Assembly: GCF_006345805.1 (NCBI RefSeq)
Contig: NC_043004.1
Coordinates: 14,880,001-14,944,000 of the forward strand
Length of the DNA: 64,000 nucleotides
Reading direction: 5' to 3'
Source: Octopus sinensis
Taxonomy: Eukaryota
Both the position numbers and the translations under genes were made by a program. Below, in pieces: positions 55,379 to 64,000 of the stretch (its first letter is position 1; each line of letters begins with the position of its first letter). The notes under the pieces were generated by a model. That model was given only the letters and a program-made list of their open reading frames with translations. It was not told where the DNA came from and searched no databases.

Positions 55379-55721
55379 CGTGAGAGAATTCATATATAAT
55401 TTCATGGGTAATATACTAAATATCAACCTTATTAATGACATTTAATGTATTAGCTATAAGATATGTGATATTTTAAATTCTCATATTATAGTACCCTTGA
55501 TTATAGATCTCATACACTTTTCTTCGTGAAAAATAGTATTTAAAATACGAATAATGTGTCGAATAATACACTTTAAATATATTCTCATAATAGGTACTCA
55601 TTAATCATATTTTATCTGTATGATATTTATGTCCGTTTTGAACTTATTATATACTACATTTGGGCACATATAGTATATATATATATATATGTATATATGT
55701 ATACGTATATATATTCATATA

Positions 55722-55776
<55 letters not shown>

Positions 55777-56129
55777 TATATACATATATAGATACATTAT
55801 ATATACATATGAATACATATATATATGAATACATATATATATATATATATATATAAATACATATATATATGATATAAACACATATATACATATATATATA
55901 CACATATATCTATAACGATCTATATATATATATATATATAATATATATATGTATATATATGCATATATATATATTATATATACTCGGGTGCTTTCTACAT
56001 TTGTTATAAATATTTCATTCTAAATGTGATTTAGATGATGTTATATATACATTTATGTATTCATATACATGTGAAAATAAATGAATATATATATATACAT
56101 ACACATATATATGTATATACATATATATT

Positions 56130-56162
<33 letters not shown>

Positions 56163-56164
56163 TA

Positions 56165-56199
<35 letters not shown>

Positions 56200-56271
56200 C
56201 TTTGATACTTTGATAGGTTTCGGCCATTATTGCCCAGGCCATGTCTACTTAATAGCACCACCTGGTGAATC

Positions 56272-56307
<36 letters not shown>

Positions 56308-57189
56308 GTATTTTATATATACAAAAATATATTTTTGTATATATTTGCACATACATACGTATACTTGTGTAATATTATTTATGCCTATTCACAGACGACT
56401 TATGTATGCTTTTTATGAAGCTTTGCCATTTTCTACATTATGCAACATATGAATAATGATGTAAAATTCTGATTTCTATTAAGCAAAAGTAAGTATATAA
56501 TTTTCCATGTGTACTTATAGATATATTTATTATATCCGTACGCCTCCGAATCCTTCAAACATATTAACCTACGTTAGTTTAATTTACCTACTTTTCACGT
56601 CTTGGATTTCCTGCACTTCTGTTCTCTTAGTCGATGATTCCTGTTAAGGATGCCCTCTTCTCAACATACAAAGCCAATAAATACAATATTAACAAAAAGC
56701 AATAGCATACAAAACAACACAACAAAGCTATGTTATAAAAAAGAATAAAAAAGAAACACAATATTTTCACACCATAGACAGCGTTAATAAATCAATGTGG
56801 ACAATAATACGAAATGTTGCTAGAAATTGTAGTTTTATAAATAATCAAATAGAGATGACTAATGGCTCAGATTCATTACAGAATTTACTATGAGACGAAA
56901 GGTCGTCAATAATAATTCATGCTTATGCTACTACTGTTCCTGTGAATGATACATTTTTCTTGCTGCTGCTTTTGTTTTGTTGCATGTATATTTTTCTGCT
57001 CCCATGTGCTTAATAAACGAATATATTATATATTTATTAATTGTCCAGATCGGTCACTTATGATTTATTGAACCCTCGGTCATTGTTATAAACACTCACA
57101 CAAACAAACAAACAAACACACAAACAGTCTCACACACATTCACTTACTCTCATTGACACACAAAAATACCTATAAAAATATTCATTTAT

Positions 57190-57380
57190 TTGTTTCAGCC
57201 ATTTACTGCGGCCATGCTGGAGCACCACCTTTAGTAGAATAATTCGACCCCAGGGCTTATTCTATGAACGCCTAGTAATTATTTTATCTGAATTTTTGTC
57301 GAATCACTAGGTTAAGGTGATGTAAGCACACCAACATCGGTTTACAAGCGATAGTGGGGGGACAAATGCAGACACACACA
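57190..57380 (+). mobile_element. SINE-like repeat with (CA)n tail
   Basis: ctgcggccatgctggagcacc...cgaccccagg...gggggacaaa; diverged copy at ~3429-3590. Confidence 0.65.
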
Positions 57381-57436
57381 CATACTTTATATATATATAT
57401 ATATATATATATAAATATATATATGCTTATAGATAT

Positions 57437-57467
<31 letters not shown>

Positions 57468-57494
57468 CACGTATATATACAGGGAAAGAGAGAG

Positions 57495-57645
57495 ACAACG
57501 GGCTCCATTCAGTTTCCGTCCACCAGATCCACTCTCAAGGCTTTGGTCAGCCCGAGGCTATAGTAGAAGACACTTGCTCAAGGTGCCGCGCATTGTGACT
57601 GAATCTGGAACCATGTGGTTGGTAAGCAAGCTTCTTACTACACAG
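57495..57645 (-). mobile_element. SINE, same family as 49770-49925
   Basis: Reverse-complement similarity across the body (aaggctttggtcagcccgaggctatagtag). Confidence 0.75.
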
Positions 57646-57769
57646 ACACTCCTGGACCTATTCAAATATACGTGAAATATATGACTATATATGCGTGTGT
57701 GTGTGTGTTTCTGTGTGTGCATAAACATATTTGTACACGCATACACATGCACATAGACACGCATATACT

Positions 57770-57866
<97 letters not shown>

Positions 57867-58550
57867 ATGGTTACACACTTGTCTGTGTGGTTTTGTGGTA
57901 TTTTTTAGAATCTCCTACTGAAGAATTGCTTCTTCAGTGTTCCTCCACCCAGGCCCCAATTGACTGTATACATTTGAAACTTTCTTGAATTATAGAATGA
58001 CCATTCATCTTTATTTAGTTAATTGACGTATTAAAAACAAATAAAACGGTAACTGGGAAGTGTAGCCAAGAAGGAAAAACAAACAAAAAACATTTACGAA
58101 AGTAAGAAATAGTAGGAAAAGGGTGCCGAAGAAAAAAACCAGAAGTCGAGGACGAAACAAATACATGAAAGTGATGGAGACATATGTAAATCTGAGACTA
58201 ATAACGTATTGAATGAAATATATATTAATAAGCAAATTATCAAAATTCGACCATCTTTACTTGAAGTTAAACAGGAGCTAATGGCGGCAAAGTGCTGTAA
58301 ATGAGAACGACCTTTTGGAACGCGAAATGAAATGTAATGATTTTAGTTTTTTATATTATGTTTCGCTTAATTAAAACGGTAAAAATCAAGGAAGTTTTTG
58401 TTGCCTGATGTATTTGAAAGTAAATTAGTTTCGGTGACTAATAGCATCCACTACATACACGAAGGAAAATAGAAATAGAAATGTATATTGAATTCGAAAA
58501 TGTACGAGTGCACATATCCACGTTCCGTGTCAACGCATATGTACATTCAC

Positions 58551-58624
<74 letters not shown>

Positions 58625-61208
58625 ATGTATGTATATGTGTTGTGTGTGTGTGACCACAATGTATCATTGGCAAGTTTTTTCTCCGTTCCCTTCTTTGGAC
58701 TTTTTCTATATTTCTTATGAAGATCTCCGCTCAACAAAAGTGATGTTTCTTGCACCAAGCTCTTACAACAATAGCAAAAGCGACATAGTATAAAAAATAT
58801 ATTTCTACATTCTCAGAAGATGATTACAGGACAATCTCAAGCACTCGAAGGTAATCCAAGTATTATTGCGCAGGTTTCTATCGTAGGCAGTGTTTCATTA
58901 TATTTAATACTTTATTTCAGAGCAAGAAAACTTTCAATGTGAATATAGAGGGTGGGGTAACACATCCCAGTCGAGCTACAGCAATTTTTATCTGGTTCCC
59001 AAAGCATCAAGTGCCGAAAATGAACTTTCTTATCTTCCATTTTAAAGGGTTACAGAATTAACACAGGTTATAGGAACATAAACATTCTTCCACGAAAAGA
59101 TAGCTTAAATTGTGCTCTAAATGGAGGTGCAGTCAAATCCTATTCTGTGGACACAACCATGTTCTAAAATAAGTCGAAATGTAACCTACTATAAAATGGC
59201 ACGAACTTTCTGTAGTGAATTTGCAGTTCACTACATCTGTTGCAAATAATGTTGATATATTCCTACATTGGCGCAAAAGTAAGAACTATAATTTGACAGA
59301 CTAAATAAATAACGTTTATATGTATATCTACTTTTTTACTCTATGAAGAATAATCATTTCAATTTTCCCTTTCTTTTCCATATTTCCGTTGTCTATATGA
59401 TAAATAGTTTTAATATTATAGTTCACATCAGTAAATTAAACTTGTGCCGATAAGTATAAGAACTTAGTATGTATGAAGTTATTATCTGCGAAATGCTATT
59501 ATTTAGCCTAACATTTGTCAGCGGGTAATATAAACTAAGCTTAACATTTGTCCTTTTGCTCTTGTTGTATCAATGTTTCATTTGATTGTTATCTATTTGA
59601 ATATAAACATTTATAATCATCTAAGCGGAAACATTTCTCTTGAAAGTAATTATGTTGAGCAATTTTCATTTAGCTTATACTCTTCCGAGTTTATAGTTTT
59701 GAATGTGCACAGTTCCGATTTTTGTGAATGAAAGTTATAATTGTTTCTACATAGCTACATGAAAACACACCACTTTTTATTTAACAAGATATATATATAT
59801 ATATTACACATATATATATATATATTTAAAATTATTTCCCCTTTATTTGACAGGTATGGTCCTATCTAATAACATCACATATCAATCTTAACTGAAGTTA
59901 CTTTTCTATGTGACTATGACAATCTGATAAAGAATTTTTTTTTAATGTTGCTTCAATACGTTCATTTCTCGAGATACAGAAAAAAAACGAAGCATTGAAA
60001 GCTTTCTTGCGCTAAAATAAAGTATTAAGAATAATGAAACACTGCCTACTATGTAAACCTACGCAATAATACTTGGATTACCTTCGTGTGCTTGAAATTG
60101 TTCTGTCATTATTTTCAGGTAATGTAGAAATACGTTTTTTTTTTAAATACTGTGTGACTTTTGCTATTGTTGGCTTATATCTTATGTTCTTTGAATATTT
60201 TGCCTGCTATGTGGACAATATCTAATGTAAGTTGTGTGATTTATTTGTGTGTTGATTTGTCGACATCATGTTTTGTTATATTCTTTAATAGTGATCCCTT
60301 TCGTAAGGATTTATGCAAGTTGTGCTCTTTTATTAGATGCTTATTGCAGCGGGCATACAGAGATGTGCATATCTCGGCAGTATTTTGGATGGCGTACTTT
60401 ATTGTGAGCTAAGTTATGATCTCTATTTTAATCATCATCATCGTGGTCGTGGTCGTCGACGTCATTGTCGTCATCTTCGTCGACGCCTCGGAAAAAAATC
60501 ATTTGCATGTGTTGTGAGCATTTACATGGGTTGCTCTTCCTTCTCAATACGTGCTCTTCTTGCAGTGATGCTAAGCCAGTGATCATTCTCAAATAATTTT
60601 CATTTCCTTTTTTGATCAAATATTAATATCCCCATCATTATTATTTCGGCATTAGCGGACATGTTTCTTCTTCCTGCTAGCAGTTGGCTTTTTCAGTACT
60701 TTGTTTTCTCAAACATTTTCAAACACTGTGTATTTTACGTGAACAGCCTTTATTGAAATCTAGTGAGACTTATTCACCCGTAATTTTGAAAAGAAGGAAC
60801 CATATCTATTTAAATTGCTGCTCAATTTTACTTCTTTTAACTTGATCCTGTTTGGATATCAACACATTTTTTTCGGAAATTCGATTAATATTTCCACATG
60901 CTTTTGTCACGTAAGACCATTTCTACAGGGCAAGTAATATTTTATTGAATTATTTCTCTTCTTGTTGGACATGTTTCGTAACGTTCACAAATATACTCAT
61001 TCTCTCCCAATAAGAAAAATAGCAGAATATTGCTTCGAAGACTGTGCTATACATATCTTGATCTAACGATATAAAAACAAACGCACACGTGCACACACAC
61101 ACACACACATACACACACATGCACACACACACATATACACAGGCACACACACACACGCACACACACACACACACCACACACACACCACACACACACACAC
61201 ACACACAC

Positions 61209-61285
<77 letters not shown>

Positions 61286-61299
61286 TATATTCCTGCTAC

Positions 61300-61865
61300 C
61301 CACTCAGGCCCAAATTCTTTCCGACGGAAAGTCTTGCATTTTTCAAGAGGGCGGATATTTTAGTAAGTGTATGAGGCAGTGGGTCTCATGGCTTCTAAGC
61401 CCTGATGCAGTACCAGACAGTGGCTCTCGTGGATTCTGATTTTAACTGATTGGAAGTGTTATCCTATACATTGTTTTGTCTTGGTATAAAAGATGGGCTA
61501 CAGCAAATATTCTGCTCAATACCACAGATTTGCTTGTCATTTGTTTGACCATAACCAGTTAATCATGTTCCTTAGTGGCTGACGATATGTGCATCTTCTG
61601 ATCACGAGCAGAAGTAGTGGGGGAGCATCATAGCCATGTGTTGAGGGAGATTTTTTGGGATTTGAATAATTCACCACTGGAAACATGAGTGTTTCGATCA
61701 ACATCCTTAAATAATCGTTATTCAGGGACATTTTGAGTGGGATGGATTACTCAACCAGAAGAAAATTCTAACTGGGCCTCACCTGCAAGGTCATGTGCTG
61801 TTTATCTTGATATGAGATCACCATGTTGTGCACATATAGCTGGCATTATGCAAAAATTATTATTA

Positions 61866-61939
<74 letters not shown>

Positions 61940-62060
61940 GAGTGAGAGAGCAGTGCATGCCATCAAAGTGACACTGGGGTAAAATATGCGAAGCCCAGTA
62001 TACCCATCAAGACTACCCGTCTGATAAGGGTACACGAGGTACATACATCACAATCACAGC
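61300..62060. repeat. Probable interspersed repeat fragments interrupted by (TTA)n
   Basis: Higher-GC non-coding block between (CA)n/(TA)n and a SINE; family not identifiable within the window. Confidence 0.35.
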
Positions 62061-63359
62061 TATTTCGAGGAAGTGATTATGTCGACTACATTGACCTAAG
62101 TACTTATTTTATCGATCAGGGCAGAAATTGAACTCAGAACGTAAAGAGGGACGAAATGCCGCTGTGCATATTTGCCATGCGTGTTACCTATTCTATTAGC
62201 TCGCCATTTTAATAATAATCATAACAATACAAATTGATATTTATCAATGATATCTAACTGATAGGGAACTGCGTTCTTGGAGTTTGTACATTGTGGTATT
62301 TGAGGGAGAGGAAATACGTGTATAATGCTTTATAGCACACACGCCGTTGTAAGATATATTCTATTACATCTCCTTACTTTAGAAAGTCGTTTGTCGTGCG
62401 GAGAATGTGTAACGTACATAATACTACTTTATTGGATACTGATTTTGTTGTTCATAATTGGAAAGATTTGCAGTATAGCAATGGAAGTCGCTTGTTCAGA
62501 CTTTATTATTGCTGTTATTTGTTGCCGTTGTTGTTGTTTTTGTCGCTGATGTTTTTGTTTTGTTGAAATGTTATTTTTCTTGTTCTCTGTTATTAGTGGC
62601 GAGCTGTTGTTGTTCTTATTACTATTCGATGTTTAAGCGGTCGTACATCATTGTCAGAACTCCCTTAACATATTATTTTAAGAGAATAACCTAACGGATA
62701 TAAATTATGTTTCGTTCCACTTTCACAAATAGAAGGCAGTCACACTATTTGCTCTCCCACCACATTGACTGGTGTAAAAGAAATTTTCGTCACTATATAT
62801 GTTGACGTCTCTTACTCTCACCCCCCCACATGTATACACACGCAGATACACACTCACATATGTATGTATAAACGTATGTCTGTGTGTGTGCCTATAAAGT
62901 CAATTCAATTTTAGAAATTATATAGATATAATTTAAAATACACATATATTTATGGTAAGTAGTTATTTGAATAGTTGTCAGTATACAAAGGCCATCTCAT
63001 ATGTAGCAATAACATGAAATTACACGTCACCAATTATTTTGAGGCACGAACATAGATTATAGATTTTATAGTGAAACCCTGTGAAATTGTAGTAGAATGG
63101 GTTTAGAATTACACAATGACAAACACAGAAACAAGAAATTAATACTAAAAGTCAAAATTTTAAATGGAAATACTCTACTTTACTATAGGAAGGCAAAAAA
63201 TATTTTTAAAATCTTCATAATTAAGTACGCTAATATGAGGACTTAATATTTTGCAAAAGTAGAGCTATACCATGGAGGTGGAAGGCGAGAAAGTACCGCC
63301 TTCGCTGACGCCTTAATTAGGAATTTGAAGGAGGAATGTGAAATACTTCTGGTGAGACT

Positions 63360-63660
63360 CTGCAACATACATATAACGCACACAATAGAGTATTGTTCTC
63401 ATATCTGGAACTCTGCCTGACCAAAGTTGTCAGATGCACCAAGTGTGACAAGAGCTGACGATATGAATGCGTCACTTGTACCTGAATGTGGAAGACGTGA
63501 TAATAGCCAGCGCTGAGGAATTGGAGTCCTGAAAGTAGCGAGAGAGAACGAGTAGAGACAAACAAATCAAAGGATTCCCCTCTCGCTAGACTAGACAGAA
63601 GCCCCGAGCAGCACTTCCATCGGTTTTGGAGATTATATAGAAAAAGATATAGTCTGAAGA
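63360..63660 (+). mobile_element. Probable decayed LINE RT C-terminal fragment
   Basis: YNAH followed, after a frameshift, by TIEYCSHIWNSA, resembling the LYKAxxRPxxEYCSxxW motif of CR1/Jockey-type ORF2; in-frame stop. Confidence 0.45.
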
Positions 63661-64000
63661 CAAGAGGAAGATCGACTGCCTGTTGATTGGCCAATGCGAA
63701 GTATGTTTTAATAAAAGTGGGACTGTATCTGGATATTTGTTTCACATGAAAGTAAGTAATTAAATTTGTAAAGAATGAGCGGACGAAATGTTGTATGAAT
63801 GATGCACTAATATTCAGTCCATGTATTTTTATTTAATTTAATGAAAGAAACACTGTTACCAATTACCTGGCCTAGTGCTTATAGATCTTTAGAATACCCG
63901 ACAAAATGCACATTTCTCCCGTCACTTTATTTTCTGAGTTCAAAATACCACCGAAGTCAAAATCACATTTCATCCTATCGTGGACAATAAAACAAAGTAC

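Noticed and set aside
60337-60619. Arg/His-rich and Asp-rich ORFs
   Set aside because: Produced by a degenerate (CAT/CGT)n trinucleotide run.

Overview
AT-rich, microsatellite-saturated animal genomic DNA. The tRNA-derived SINEs and (TA)n/(CA)n/(AAT)n density suggest a cephalopod such as Octopus (inference, not verified). Almost all of the ORF track is microsatellite artefact. Supported content: (1) a minus-strand multi-sushi (CCP) gene with two clean phase-1/phase-1 exons, 53370-53564 (missed by the ORF track) and 20906-21085, about 32 kb apart; (2) main find: a ~4-copy tandem array of a 357-bp unit (5852-7240), each copy carrying a minimal type I hammerhead ribozyme (HHR) on the minus strand inside a rod-like hairpin, ending in an inverted partial copy and lying beside a decayed Penelope-like element (RT + GIY-YIG), i.e. 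a candidate metazoan retrozyme next to a possible mobilising partner; (3) three further dispersed Penelope-type minimal HHR motifs plus fold-back palindromes; (4) decayed LINE and possibly mariner fragments, many SINEs and simple repeats. All folds and translations were done by eye; no database searches were run.
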